Virus record (IMG/VR): IMGVR_UViG_3300046457_000175
Location: 1 to 64,000 of that record
Source of the DNA: a virus
DNA length: 64,000 nt
Reading direction: 5' to 3' (one strand)
The notes beneath the pieces were generated by a model that was not told the origin of the DNA, ran no database searches, and saw only the letters and a program-made list of their open reading frames with translations. This document shows, in pieces, positions 9,926 through 18,592 of this stretch. A program made the position numbers and the translations under genes. Every line of letters begins with the position of its first letter. Positions within the stretch are counted from its first letter, which is position 1.

Positions 9926-10260
9926 TGGACTTCACGCAAGCACTCCCTTACGTGATGCCCTTCGTGGGTCTATTCGGCCTCATCTCGGGCATCTGGTACC
10001 GGGTCGAGGGCAAGATCAACGCTGGCGTCGCTGACGCCAAGGCCGCAGGCCTCGCTGCTCAGAAGCGGGCAGAGGAGGCTGACAAGGCTCTCTCCAGCTT
10101 CAAGCTGGAAGTCGTGCGAGAGTACGCCTCCTGGGACACCGTCAAGGCGATCGAGTCCAGGTTGACCGAGCGCATGGACAATCTCTCGGAGCAGGTGATG
10201 AAGATGCCCGACCAGATCGTCAACCGAATGGTGGACATGATCAAGCTCTCCAACAAATAA
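9925..10260 (+). CDS. Single-TM coiled-coil protein, holin-like candidate
   Basis: N-terminal TM segment followed by coiled coil; last gene of lysis cassette. Confidence 0.45.
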   Translation: MDFTQALPYVMPFVGLFGLISGIWYRVEGKINAGVADAKAAGLAAQKRAEEADKALSSFKLEVVREYASWDTVKAIESRLTERMDNLSEQVMKMPDQIVNRMVDMIKLSNK

Positions 10261-10289
10261 GGCTTGACCGTCTCGTTTGCATTCTGATA

Positions 10290-10305
10290 TTTGCATGAAT
10301 GCAAA
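10290..10305 (+). promoter_or_regulatory. 16-bp operator-like motif, copy 1 (TTTGCATGAATGCAAA), with extra half-site at 10276-10284
   Basis: Member of genome-wide repeat family; intergenic, upstream of A1-like gene. Confidence 0.75.
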
Positions 10306-10386
10306 AGTTGTGCTATCCCCGAGGCCGAAATCTCGGGGGTAGGCACTCCCTCGTGGTTCCGGGTTCCCAACCAACCACAGGGCAAA

Positions 10387-12378
10387 ATGACTTTTCAACC
10401 GCTCGCCACCGAAGAACGCGCTCGCAGAAAGCAGGTCATCGAAGATCTGCTGAAGCAGGGCTATCATCCGCAGGGCTCGCGTGGAGGCATTGCCTCCGCG
10501 ACCAAGACTGCGGAGCGCGTCGAAGGCCTGAACTATCCGAACTGGGTCCGCGCCGAAGAGGCGCTGAAGCGCAAGCGCAAAGAGAACTTCGCGATCGACT
10601 GGTCGCTGTACGTTCCGCCTGTCCCGCAGGCTACCGTCACCTCAGGTGGCGAAGAACTGTCCGCCGAAGAAGTCGACCCGTTGATCCGGGCGAAGACGCT
10701 CTCGGCCGAGGTTACCCAACTCATCACCCGATCGAAATACCCCGTCATCAACCCGGAAGCCGTCATCGTCGACACGCCGATGCTGCGACGCTGGTCCACG
10801 AAGCATCGTCGCTACGAGGAGACCGAAGGCAAGCCGCGGACCTGGATGGTCGACACCCTGAAGGTCGAGGCCATTAAGGACTCGCGGAATCGGAACTTCA
10901 TCTTCACGGGCGCGCAGAACGATGCGCTCCTGCACGAGGAGTTCTGGGTCAATCTCCAGGCCTATGCCGCCTATATCGACGCCGAGATCATCGTCGGCCC
11001 CTGGACCTACGAGACCCAGTGGTGGTCCGAGAACGACCCGCAGGCGCGCGAGTATGCCCCTGAGCTGGCTGAGCACCTGTGCTTCGGCCAGATGAAGATC
11101 GGCACCAACTTCATGTTCTGCGGCGAGATGAACACGCTGCCGACCGCGTCGCAGCCGATCTCGGACCTGGTGACCTACAGCCGGGGCCGCTGGGCCGTGT
11201 TCCCGCACGCCAAGCGCCAGCTGAAGTCCGTCCCCTCGACCGATCCCAACATCCAGGCCCACCAGGTCATGACGTCGGGCGCCTGCACGCGGCCGAAGAT
11301 CATCCCCCGCAAGGCGGGCGTGAAGTCGATCTTCCATCAGATCATCGGCGCCACCGTGGTGCAGTTCGACGAGGATGGCGACATCTTCTGTCGGCAGATC
11401 ACGGCCAACGACGACGACGGCTCGTTCTACGACCTCGACGCCTATGTGGCGAACGCTGAGGTCACAACCGGTCACCGCGTCAAGGCGATCACCATGCCGG
11501 ACCTCCACGTCCGCAAGATGGACCAGACCAACTGCATGGCCATCTTCGGGTGGGATATGCGGGGCGGCCGGGCGCAGTACCGCAACAGCATCATGGATGT
11601 CCTCGATCCCGAGAACGTCATCGGTCACGACATCTTCGACAACGAAGCGCGGAACCACCATCACGTCCACGACAACGCCTACAGCTACGAGATGGCCATC
11701 CGTGGCCGCGACAGCGTGGAGGAGGAAGTCGACCAGTGCGGCCGATTCCTGCTGACGGCTGTCGGTCTGAGCGACCTTCTGCCGATGGTCACGGTCGGCG
11801 ACCGCACCTTCATCGTTGCGGAGGGCAACCACGATATCGCGCTTGAGAAGTACGCCCGAGAAGGCCGGTACCGGAACGACGGCCGGAACGTCCGCTTCGG
11901 TCTGCAGCTCGAAGACGCATACCTGGATCACGTCGAGCGTCGCTCATTCGCGATCGACAACGAGCTGCCGGTGCCGCGTTTCTCGCTGCTGGAGCACGCT
12001 ATCCGGATGAAATATCCGCAGCTCGGCGACAAGGTGGTCTGGTGCCATGACGGCTACAGCCACCTGCTCGACGGCATCGAGGTCGGAAACCACGGCTTCC
12101 GCGGCGCGAACGGCGCCAAGGGAACGGTGGCGGGCTTCGCGCGGGCAGGGCGCAAGATGTCGATCGGCGACAAGCACAGCCCCGAGATCATGGAGGGTGT
12201 GTACGTGGCCGGCGTTATCAACCTGCGCCACGGCTACAACAAGGGCCTGTCGGGTTGGGCGGTCACCGTGATCATCCAGTATCCGGACGGGAAGCGCTCG
12301 CTGTTGACCCTGCAGAAGGGCAAGTGGCGTCCGGGACGGCGGGTCATCCGCGTGCCGGCCCCGTCTTTGGCTGCCTGA
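10387..12378 (+). CDS. Calcineurin-like metallophosphoesterase, phage T5 A1-like
   Basis: MPDLH, GHDIFD, EGNHD, NHG..GANG, GDKHSP, YNKG.SGW motifs; ATG at 10387 preferred to ORF-track start. Confidence 0.7.
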   Translation: MTFQPLATEERARRKQVIEDLLKQGYHPQGSRGGIASATKTAERVEGLNYPNWVRAEEALKRKRKENFAIDWSLYVPPVPQATVTSGGEELSAEEVDPLIRAKTLSAEVTQLITRSKYPVINPEAVIVDTPMLRRWSTKHRRYEETEGKPRTWMVDTLKVEAIKDSRNRNFIFTGAQNDALLHEEFWVNLQAYAAYIDAEIIVGPWTYETQWWSENDPQAREYAPELAEHLCFGQMKIGTNFMFCGEMNTLPTASQPISDLVTYSRGRWAVFPHAKRQLKSVPSTDPNIQAHQVMTSGACTRPKIIPRKAGVKSIFHQIIGATVVQFDEDGDIFCRQITANDDDGSFYDLDAYVANAEVTTGHRVKAITMPDLHVRKMDQTNCMAIFGWDMRGGRAQYRNSIMDVLDPENVIGHDIFDNEARNHHHVHDNAYSYEMAIRGRDSVEEEVDQCGRFLLTAVGLSDLLPMVTVGDRTFIVAEGNHDIALEKYAREGRYRNDGRNVRFGLQLEDAYLDHVERRSFAIDNELPVPRFSLLEHAIRMKYPQLGDKVVWCHDGYSHLLDGIEVGNHGFRGANGAKGTVAGFARAGRKMSIGDKHSPEIMEGVYVAGVINLRHGYNKGLSGWAVTVIIQYPDGKRSLLTLQKGKWRPGRRVIRVPAPSLAA

Positions 12379-12381
12379 TCG

Positions 12382-12397
12382 CTTGCACGAATGCAAA
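12382..12397 (+). promoter_or_regulatory. Operator-like motif copy 2 (CTTGCACGAATGCAAA)
   Basis: Between stop at 12378 and RBS/ATG at 12409. Confidence 0.75.
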
Positions 12398-12408
12398 AGG
12401 AAGTTTCG

Positions 12409-12873
12409 ATGCTCGTCTATCTCGCAGGCCCGATCTCAGGCCTTAACTTCGAGGGCGCCACCGACTGGAGGGAGTACGCGAAAGCGGAACTCTCGCAGTT
12501 CGGGATCAAGGGGCTCTCGCCGCTGCGCGAGCAGGAGCACATGAAGGCGATCGGTGTGTTCACCGACGCCGCAAAGGAGACCGAGCGGCTGAAGTCGCCC
12601 ATGTCCACGCCGAAGGGCCTCACGGTCCGTGACCGCTGGGACGCGATGCGCTGCAACGTGCTGCTGGTCAACCTGCTGGGTGCCACGAAGGTCTCGATCG
12701 GCACGGTGCTGGAGCTGGCATGGGCCGACTCCCAGGGCATCCCGATCGTGGTGGCCATGGAGGACGACGGGTCGAACCCGCACGAGCACGCGATGGTCAA
12801 CCACATCATCGGCTACCGCGTCACCACGCTGTGGGACGCCATCGATCTGACGCGGCAGCTGCTTGCTGCCTGA
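12409..12873 (+). CDS. Nucleoside 2-deoxyribosyltransferase / nucleotide N-glycosidase family protein
   Basis: VYLAGPI, D..AMRCNVLLVNL, SIGTVLELAWA motifs. Confidence 0.8.
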   Translation: MLVYLAGPISGLNFEGATDWREYAKAELSQFGIKGLSPLREQEHMKAIGVFTDAAKETERLKSPMSTPKGLTVRDRWDAMRCNVLLVNLLGATKVSIGTVLELAWADSQGIPIVVAMEDDGSNPHEHAMVNHIIGYRVTTLWDAIDLTRQLLAA

Positions 12874-12876
12874 ACG

Positions 12877-12892
12877 CTTGTTTGAATGCAAA
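12877..12892 (+). promoter_or_regulatory. Operator-like motif copy 3 (CTTGTTTGAATGCAAA)
   Basis: Between stop at 12873 and RBS/ATG at 12907. Confidence 0.72.
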
Positions 12893-12906
12893 GGAAGGAA
12901 TTGCAA

Positions 12907-13587
12907 ATGACGGTTATCGGTCTCGCGGGTTTCGCACAGTCGGGCAAGACGACGGCGGCGCTGTACCTGGAGAAGAAGTATGGCGTGCGGCGCAAGCACA
13001 TCGCCGAGCCGCTGCGGGCCATGCTCGCGGTGCTGCTCCAGGCGAACGGCATGTCGTCGGACATGATCAGCCGGTACCTGGAAGGCGATCTGAAGGAGTC
13101 CGTGATCCCCGAGCTGGGCGTCACCTCGCGCTACGCGCAGATCACCATCGGCACCGAGTGGGGTCGTGAGTTGATCGGCGAGGATCTGTGGTCCAATACC
13201 TGGGCTCGCGGCGTCAAGGACGGCGAGTCCGTTATGAACGACTCCGTGCGCTTCCCGAACGAGGCGGCTGCGATCCGCGGTCTCGGCGGCGTGGTCATCA
13301 TGATCAAGCGCCCAGGCACGCGGCCGGCGAAGTTCAAGAACAAGCTGGGCGAGTTCCTGTTCGACAAGTTCGGCATCATGTGGGGGGTGCATCCGAGCGA
13401 GCGCATCGACCTGATCAAGCCGGACTTCATCATCCACAACGATGCGGACGTGGAGACGCTCTACGCTGACCTGGACAAGGCCATGGCCGCGCATTTCAGC
13501 CGCGTCCAGCAGACGAGCTTCGCCAACTCCAAGAAGGCCGTCGCAGCGGCCACGGGGCTGGCGCTGGCGGTGGGGCTCGGCCGCTGA
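12907..13587 (+). CDS. Deoxynucleoside monophosphate kinase (T4 gp1-like)
   Basis: IGLAGFAQSGKT P-loop; RYAQITIGTEWGR; DSVRFPNE; HPSE. Confidence 0.88.
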   Translation: MTVIGLAGFAQSGKTTAALYLEKKYGVRRKHIAEPLRAMLAVLLQANGMSSDMISRYLEGDLKESVIPELGVTSRYAQITIGTEWGRELIGEDLWSNTWARGVKDGESVMNDSVRFPNEAAAIRGLGGVVIMIKRPGTRPAKFKNKLGEFLFDKFGIMWGVHPSERIDLIKPDFIIHNDADVETLYADLDKAMAAHFSRVQQTSFANSKKAVAAATGLALAVGLGR

Positions 13588-13865
13588 TGGAGCTTCGCTG
13601 GAAGGACGACAAGCGGCCCCAGCGCTTCGGCTGGGCGCCAGGGGGATATCTGAACCACTGTCACGGCGCGGGGTGCAAGGAGCTGGAAGACAAGACCTTC
13701 ATCGGCGACAAGCGGGCGGTCATCTGCGCCGACTGTGCCTACGCGCTGCCGGACCCGGAGCCGGAGCCGCCATTCGAGGTGACCATGCGCGCGAAGGTCA
13801 GGGACATGCTCCGGCGCATCAGGGAGCTGGAGATCGAGCTGGAAAAGCACCAGGAGGGGAAATGA
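13587..13865 (+). CDS. Hypothetical protein with Cys pairs
   Basis: Abuts dNMP kinase stop; C..A.C and C.DC pairs. Confidence 0.6.
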   Translation: MELRWKDDKRPQRFGWAPGGYLNHCHGAGCKELEDKTFIGDKRAVICADCAYALPDPEPEPPFEVTMRAKVRDMLRRIRELEIELEKHQEGK

Positions 13866-14041
13866 GGCTGATCAACATGAAGCTGACCCGGGGTGACGCA
13901 GAGGTCATCACCCCGGAGCAGGTATGGGCGGAGATCGGCAAGATCTTCGTGCAGCGCGCGACCGGAGAGCTGAAGCCCACCGGTCCGGTCAGGACCAACC
14001 GGCCCCAGGTCAACGTGCGGGAGCTGTTGAAGGACCTGTAG
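13862..14041 (+). CDS. Hypothetical protein (59 aa)
   Basis: ATGA overlap and GGAGG RBS. Confidence 0.55.
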   Translation: MRLINMKLTRGDAEVITPEQVWAEIGKIFVQRATGELKPTGPVRTNRPQVNVRELLKDL

Positions 14042-14046
14042 GAAGA

Positions 14047-14310
14047 TCAGGCGTAGATGGAGGGGGCGGTGACCTGCGGCTTCACGGTCGTCCGCACCCC
14101 GGTCCGGACATGCCGGCCGCCGATTTCTTCAACGACAGCACGCACCTCCTTGCCGAACAGGCGGCGCATGCCGTGCGAGAGAACACCGAAACGGTCGGTG
14201 ATCAAGAGGTCAAGTTCACGCAACGGCGAGCGATTCTGCCGGCGAGATGCCTCGATGATCGTGAGGCAAGCGGTCTCATGGAGGAAGGCGCGAATTTGCA
14301 GAGACTTCAT
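14047..14310 (-). CDS. Hypothetical protein (87 aa)
   Basis: AAGGA RBS; converges with the rightward operon. Confidence 0.5.
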   Translation of the reverse strand: MKSLQIRAFLHETACLTIIEASRRQNRSPLRELDLLITDRFGVLSHGMRRLFGKEVRAVVEEIGGRHVRTGVRTTVKPQVTAPSIYA

Positions 14311-14360
14311 GGGGGATTCCTTGTGGCGGGGACGCTCACATACCCCTTTTCAAGATGCGT

Positions 14361-14396
14361 AAAAGGGGGTCCTCCAACTATTTCGACTAGACCCCC
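14361..14396 (-). terminator. Leftward intrinsic terminator with an overlapping alternative hairpin
   Basis: Minus-strand GGGGGTC...GACCCCC-TTTT. Confidence 0.55.
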
Positions 14397-14417
14397 TAGC
14401 GTTTGCCGCGGCGCAAC

Positions 14418-14660
14418 CTAAAGCGCTGTCACTTCAAGGCCCTTTTCCAGCATCTCGATGGCATATTTCCGGTCGCGGGTGTGAGCGCCGCTCGCCTCGC
14501 TGTCCTTGAAGGTCTTGACCACGGTCTCGACCCACCAGCGGAGTCCGCCGTGCCGGGTTCGCGAGACCTCGTAGCCGTGATCCCCCAGGATCTTGATCAC
14601 GTCGACCAGCGGGTAACCGTAGACGGTCTTGCGGTGCTCTCCGTTTCGCTCGGTGCTCAT
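14418..14660 (-). CDS. Hypothetical protein
   Basis: ATGA overlap with upstream gene. Confidence 0.55.
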   Translation of the reverse strand: MSTERNGEHRKTVYGYPLVDVIKILGDHGYEVSRTRHGGLRWWVETVVKTFKDSEASGAHTRDRKYAIEMLEKGLEVTAL

Positions 14661-14905
14661 GCTGCTAGGTTCCATTTTTCGATTGCGGTGATGTGTCGGT
14701 GGTAATAGTCGTCGGGCCCCCGCGTCCTTGAGAGCGGACCATCGGCGCCGCAGGCCAGACAGGTGACGTGCGGGTGCGGCCCCATGTAGAGTCCGACGTG
14801 GGACGTTTTGCAGAACGGACACCATTTGATCTTCTGACCAAACCGGTGCAGGACCTCCTCGGGTCTCATGACGTTGCGGTCGTCGTATTGGGTCCAGCTG
14901 CTCAT
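14657..14905 (-). CDS. Lar (restriction alleviation)-family zinc-ribbon protein
   Basis: KWCPFC...HVTCLACGADGP...AIEKWN. Confidence 0.7.
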   Translation of the reverse strand: MSSWTQYDDRNVMRPEEVLHRFGQKIKWCPFCKTSHVGLYMGPHPHVTCLACGADGPLSRTRGPDDYYHRHITAIEKWNLAA

Positions 14906-15078
14906 GACAGTTTCAAAATCCCCATCTCGTAAAGCTCGCGACGGTCCATGCTGTTGTGGACCAGAACGTCAATCCAATCGGTCGGATGGCACCAGCACGG
15001 CTTGTCGGAGTCCGTGCTGTGCGGTTTCAGGTCGTCGATCGGGACGATGTGGCATTTGTCCGACTCCCAGCCGATCAA
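14902..15078 (-). CDS. Small His/Cys-rich phage protein
   Basis: HIVP.DDL..H...CWC.P...VHNS.DRRE; TTG start with AAGGAG RBS. Confidence 0.55.
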   Translation of the reverse strand: MIGWESDKCHIVPIDDLKPHSTDSDKPCWCHPTDWIDVLVHNSMDRRELYEMGILKLS

Positions 15079-15452
15079 GCTGCGCGCTCCTTGAACCAGG
15101 CCTTGATGAAGGCATCGAGCTTCGGAGCCCGGCGCGGCAGCTGAGCCAGGCCGGTCCCTATCCCGTCTTCCGGGACCACGACGGTGTGGCCAACTGCGAG
15201 AAGCAGGTCGATCTTCCCCAGATCGAATCCGACATGAGCCCAACAGTCGGGCTCGTCGTCGAGAAAGAAGGCGCTGTTGTCATTGCTCGGCGCCCATTTG
15301 GTCACGACGCCGATCGCGTTCGGCTCCCCCCGCATTTCTCGAGCCTGGCCGCCGTAGCCGACGCGCTGCATGTTGTCGCCGAAGACGTAGAATTGATCGC
15401 GGTTGTTGCGCAGGTCCTGCCTGCGGATGAACTTCTGGTAACGAATGCCCAT
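15075..15452 (-). CDS. Conserved phage protein (YVFGDN..R.G.GGQA family)
   Basis: YVFGDNMQRVGYGGQAREMRGEPNAIGV..K motif. Confidence 0.7.
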   Translation of the reverse strand: MGIRYQKFIRRQDLRNNRDQFYVFGDNMQRVGYGGQAREMRGEPNAIGVVTKWAPSNDNSAFFLDDEPDCWAHVGFDLGKIDLLLAVGHTVVVPEDGIGTGLAQLPRRAPKLDAFIKAWFKERAA

Positions 15453-16087
15453 CACGCCTCCGCTGTCGTGTGGTTGCGCTCGACGCTGCGGGGCACGTAC
15501 TTCCAACTCGGGAAGGCGTGATTGATCGAGTTGCCTTCGAGGTTGTAGCGGGACTCGGAAATCGAGATCTTCACGAAGGTGCGGACACCCGGCGTCTGCT
15601 CGGCGACGCGATGGATGACAGCCTCGTCCAGGCGCAGCAGGTGCTTGTCGGGGTAGGTCACGATCGGCCCGCTGGATGCGACTTCCATCTCAGCCAGGGA
15701 AGCGTGATGGTCCTGCGTGAACTCGATCAGATCAGCCGGCTGCCAGAACTCGGTGCCGTTGCGGTCAGACCAGACGTAGTTGAGGTCTTCGGTCATGAAG
15801 CCATCAGAGTGCCAGCCCGGGCGATTGCCGGGGCTCTCCTTGCAGACCCACAGCGTCTTGGCCGTGACGTAGACGTAGCTGTCCAGCCACAGCGAGACGT
15901 TGCCAGCAATGTTCTGCAGGTCGCGGAACACAGCCTCGACAATCGGCTGAAACTGCCGGAGGTTGCTCGGGATCCTCTCTCCGTACTGTCCCGGCTCCTT
16001 GATCGGGCAGTACATCCAGAACATCATCTCCTTCGGAGACAGGTCGACGAGTCCGAGATCGACGGGTGGGGTGCCGTAAAGCGTCAT
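15452..16087 (-). CDS. Putative 2OG-Fe(II) dioxygenase-like protein
   Basis: GWHSDG (HxD), VIHR and RTFVKIS in the expected DSBH order. Confidence 0.6.
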   Translation of the reverse strand: MTLYGTPPVDLGLVDLSPKEMMFWMYCPIKEPGQYGERIPSNLRQFQPIVEAVFRDLQNIAGNVSLWLDSYVYVTAKTLWVCKESPGNRPGWHSDGFMTEDLNYVWSDRNGTEFWQPADLIEFTQDHHASLAEMEVASSGPIVTYPDKHLLRLDEAVIHRVAEQTPGVRTFVKISISESRYNLEGNSINHAFPSWKYVPRSVERNHTTAEA

Positions 16088-16644
16088 CGGACGATCTCCT
16101 CGAAGATGTAGAGGCCCAGCTCCTGCTGGACGAACACGGCGCAGAAGCCGACGTACGTGAGGTTCAGGTCGTCGGGAATCTTGCCGCCGCACTTGAAGGC
16201 ATAGAACTTGCGCTCCTCGTCCGGCACGTCGGTCCGCACCATGGCCCACATCCAGAACATGCCGCCCTGGTCCTGCACGCGGAGGATCTCGGCGCCCTTC
16301 GGCAGCTTCATCGTGAAGCTCTCCAGCACCGGCATCTGGTATTTGAAGATCACGCGGCCCGTTGCGTCGGACATCTTCTTGCCGCGGGTCTTTTCGTCCC
16401 ACTGGTCGACCTGAACGGTCTCGCGTCGGGCCGATCCATCGAGATTTTCGCCGCGCTGTCGCGCCTGAGCGTCCATCGTCAGAAGCTGCTCCTTGCAACG
16501 CCGACACTTGCCGCAGCCGCTGCCGATGCTCATGTCGCCCTTGCACATTGCTGTGCCCTCTTCGAGGCTGTCCTTGCGGACTTCCCCGGTCAGCCCGTAT
16601 CCCGACTTGTCCCGCAGGTCATCGTGATCCCAGCTCGCCATCAT
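16084..16644 (-). CDS. Hypothetical protein with C-terminal IFKY..P...MWA.V domain
   Basis: GGAGG RBS; coupled to upstream stop. Confidence 0.55.
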   Translation of the reverse strand: MMASWDHDDLRDKSGYGLTGEVRKDSLEEGTAMCKGDMSIGSGCGKCRRCKEQLLTMDAQARQRGENLDGSARRETVQVDQWDEKTRGKKMSDATGRVIFKYQMPVLESFTMKLPKGAEILRVQDQGGMFWMWAMVRTDVPDEERKFYAFKCGGKIPDDLNLTYVGFCAVFVQQELGLYIFEEIVR

Positions 16645-16874
16645 CACCCTCCAAATTCGTCTTTGAGTTTCTCTCTGGCCACGTCCCGGAAAGCCTCTGC
16701 TGCCGACAGCGCCTCTCTGCTGGTGCGGTAGCAGTGCTCTTCTTCTTCCGAGAGTTGGCAGATCATCCCGCCGATCGAGGGCAGGAACTTTGTCCGCCCC
16801 TCGAAGCTGCGTGCCACAGAGCGAACTTTGCCCTGTGACACGATCCGCAAGCGTGCTTCTCGCGAGTCCGTCAC
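16644..16874 (-). CDS. Hypothetical protein
   Basis: ATGA coupling. Confidence 0.55.
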   Translation of the reverse strand: MTDSREARLRIVSQGKVRSVARSFEGRTKFLPSIGGMICQLSEEEEHCYRTSREALSAAEAFRDVAREKLKDEFGG

Positions 16875-17374
16875 GTCGGCGACAGCCAGGCGCGAATGCG
16901 GGAGCGCGGATAGACGCTCTCGGCCACACGGTGACCGTGGTTGCCGCTGATCACGATCGGGTCGCCCTTGGCGGTGAAGCCAGAGACGACGCCGACATGT
17001 CCGCCACCGCGACGACCCATGGTCACAACTGCGCCGACCTGCGGAGCAATGTGCTGATGCTTCTCCCAGGAGAGGGCACGGTCATCGACGTCCTGAGCAC
17101 CTGTGACCTTGCGCAGGAATGCGGAGCACCACAGGGTCGAACGCACACCGACCTGGTGCGCCGACTCTCCAACGAATTGGCGAGCGCGACCGACGACGTC
17201 GCTGCTGGCGCTCCGGAAGCTGCCGAAGAACGACTGCTCCTGGGGCTCGGTGACGTTGATCTTGGCCACGCGGGCGTGGTGGTGATGATGGTGGTGCCTC
17301 GGTCGGGCCTCAGCAGCCGAAAAGGACAAAGCGAGGATCGCGGCGCCAATGAGCGCCGTGTTCAGGTTCTTCAA
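16871..17374 (-). CDS. Secreted CHAP/NlpC-P60-like peptidoglycan hydrolase with poly-His linker
   Basis: Signal peptide (AEA), H7 tract, LWCSAF and GGHVG catalytic motifs, SGN; TTG start with AGGAG. Confidence 0.72.
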   Translation of the reverse strand: MKNLNTALIGAAILALSFSAAEARPRHHHHHHHARVAKINVTEPQEQSFFGSFRSASSDVVGRARQFVGESAHQVGVRSTLWCSAFLRKVTGAQDVDDRALSWEKHQHIAPQVGAVVTMGRRGGGHVGVVSGFTAKGDPIVISGNHGHRVAESVYPRSRIRAWLSPT

Positions 17375-17387
17375 GATACTTCTCCTG

Positions 17388-17708
17388 TTATGCGAGGTGG
17401 TCGGGCCAGCCGGCCTGCGATGCCGCCTCGTTGGATTGGCGCCGTGCAGCGACGGCGCGACGATCAGCCTCGACGGCTGCGTAGGTCGGCAGACGGGTCC
17501 ACTCGTCGTCGTATTCGCGAGCGAGGGTCTGCTGGACCTGGGAGGCAAAGAAGCGCGCGGCTTCTTCACCCATGTCAGCGAGGACGGTGTCCCCGAAGAC
17601 CATTCGGAATTTGATGTTGGTCTGCTCGCCCTCGTTCTCGATCTTCGTGGCGGCGAAGGCGATCGGACCCGCGCGGACGACGGTGAGGTTCGTAATCTTC
17701 TGGGTCAT
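17388..17708 (-). CDS. Hypothetical protein
   Basis: GGAG RBS, ATGA overlap. Confidence 0.55.
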   Translation of the reverse strand: MTQKITNLTVVRAGPIAFAATKIENEGEQTNIKFRMVFGDTVLADMGEEAARFFASQVQQTLAREYDDEWTRLPTYAAVEADRRAVAARRQSNEAASQAGWPDHLA

Positions 17709-18340
17709 GCTGCGATCTCCGTGGCTTGGACGTTGTCGTTGTCGAACTTGCTTATCTCGTTGCCCCAGGCGTCCCAGCCGGGGCGCTGCACGCGGGCGAA
17801 GATGTCGGCCTTCGGATATGGCCCAGCCATCTTCGCGGCATCGACGTAGCCTTGCTCGGGCTTGCGCGAGTGCTCGCGGCGCGTCTCAAGGATCGCGGAG
17901 CGGATGTTGCGAGAGTGAATGCGGGGCTTGCCGATCTTCCCGATCAGGAAAGGCTCATGGCAGTTGCGCAGGACGTAGCCCGTGCCGAAGGTCGGCCGGC
18001 TCATATCCTTGACCATCTTCACCCACACGCCCTGGGTCACGTAGGTGACGTTCCACTGGCGGAAGCACTCGCGAGCGGCGTCGTACATCGGCGCGGTGGC
18101 GTAGAGCCAAACCCACATGCCATCGCGATGGGCGAGGCGATCAACGTCGAGCGCGAAGATGTCGTCGAGCGTCATGCAGTCGTAGTGCTGCTCAGCCGAC
18201 TTGCCCTTGCCGGCGTCGGAGTAGGTCTTGAAGGTCCACGGCGGGTCGATCTTCGCGAGGCCGTAATGGTTCTCCTTCAGCGGAGCGAGATTGAATGTCG
18301 GTGCCGGGATGATCGGCATGGGGCTGACGAGCATTTGCAT
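17705..18340 (-). CDS. MT-A70-family adenine methyltransferase (start may be 18334 or 18319)
   Basis: DPPW, Y.CM.LDDI, W.K, G.GY.LR...E, HSRKP, IFAR..RPGWDAWGNE. Confidence 0.9.
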   Translation of the reverse strand: MQMLVSPMPIIPAPTFNLAPLKENHYGLAKIDPPWTFKTYSDAGKGKSAEQHYDCMTLDDIFALDVDRLAHRDGMWVWLYATAPMYDAARECFRQWNVTYVTQGVWVKMVKDMSRPTFGTGYVLRNCHEPFLIGKIGKPRIHSRNIRSAILETRREHSRKPEQGYVDAAKMAGPYPKADIFARVQRPGWDAWGNEISKFDNDNVQATEIAA

Positions 18341-18349
18341 TCAAGCAAG
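18334..18349 (-). promoter_or_regulatory. Operator-like motif copy 4 (top strand TTTGCATTCAAGCAAG)
   Basis: At the junction of upstream stop and MTase start. Confidence 0.75.
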
Positions 18350-18592
18350 CCTCCGGGTACGACTCGACTTCACCTCGTCCTTCGTGGCTTCGAGGTAAGC
18401 GGCCATGCCGGACTCGGTGATCTTGAATTGGTCGCCGTAGGAGGGGTGCTTCTCCTTCACGAAGAGGCCTTGCTCCGCCAGCTTCTCGGTCGTCTTGCGC
18501 ATGAAGAGGCCCCAACCACCGGGGCGGGTTGCCGCATCTCTCAGCGCGTCGATCTCTCTCTTCTTCATCACTTCCCCGATTTCTCTTTCCAC
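18341..18592 (-). CDS. Hypothetical protein (winged-helix-like)
   Basis: KLAEQGL...FKITESG pattern. Confidence 0.5.
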   Translation of the reverse strand: MEREIGEVMKKREIDALRDAATRPGGWGLFMRKTTEKLAEQGLFVKEKHPSYGDQFKITESGMAAYLEATKDEVKSSRTRRLA

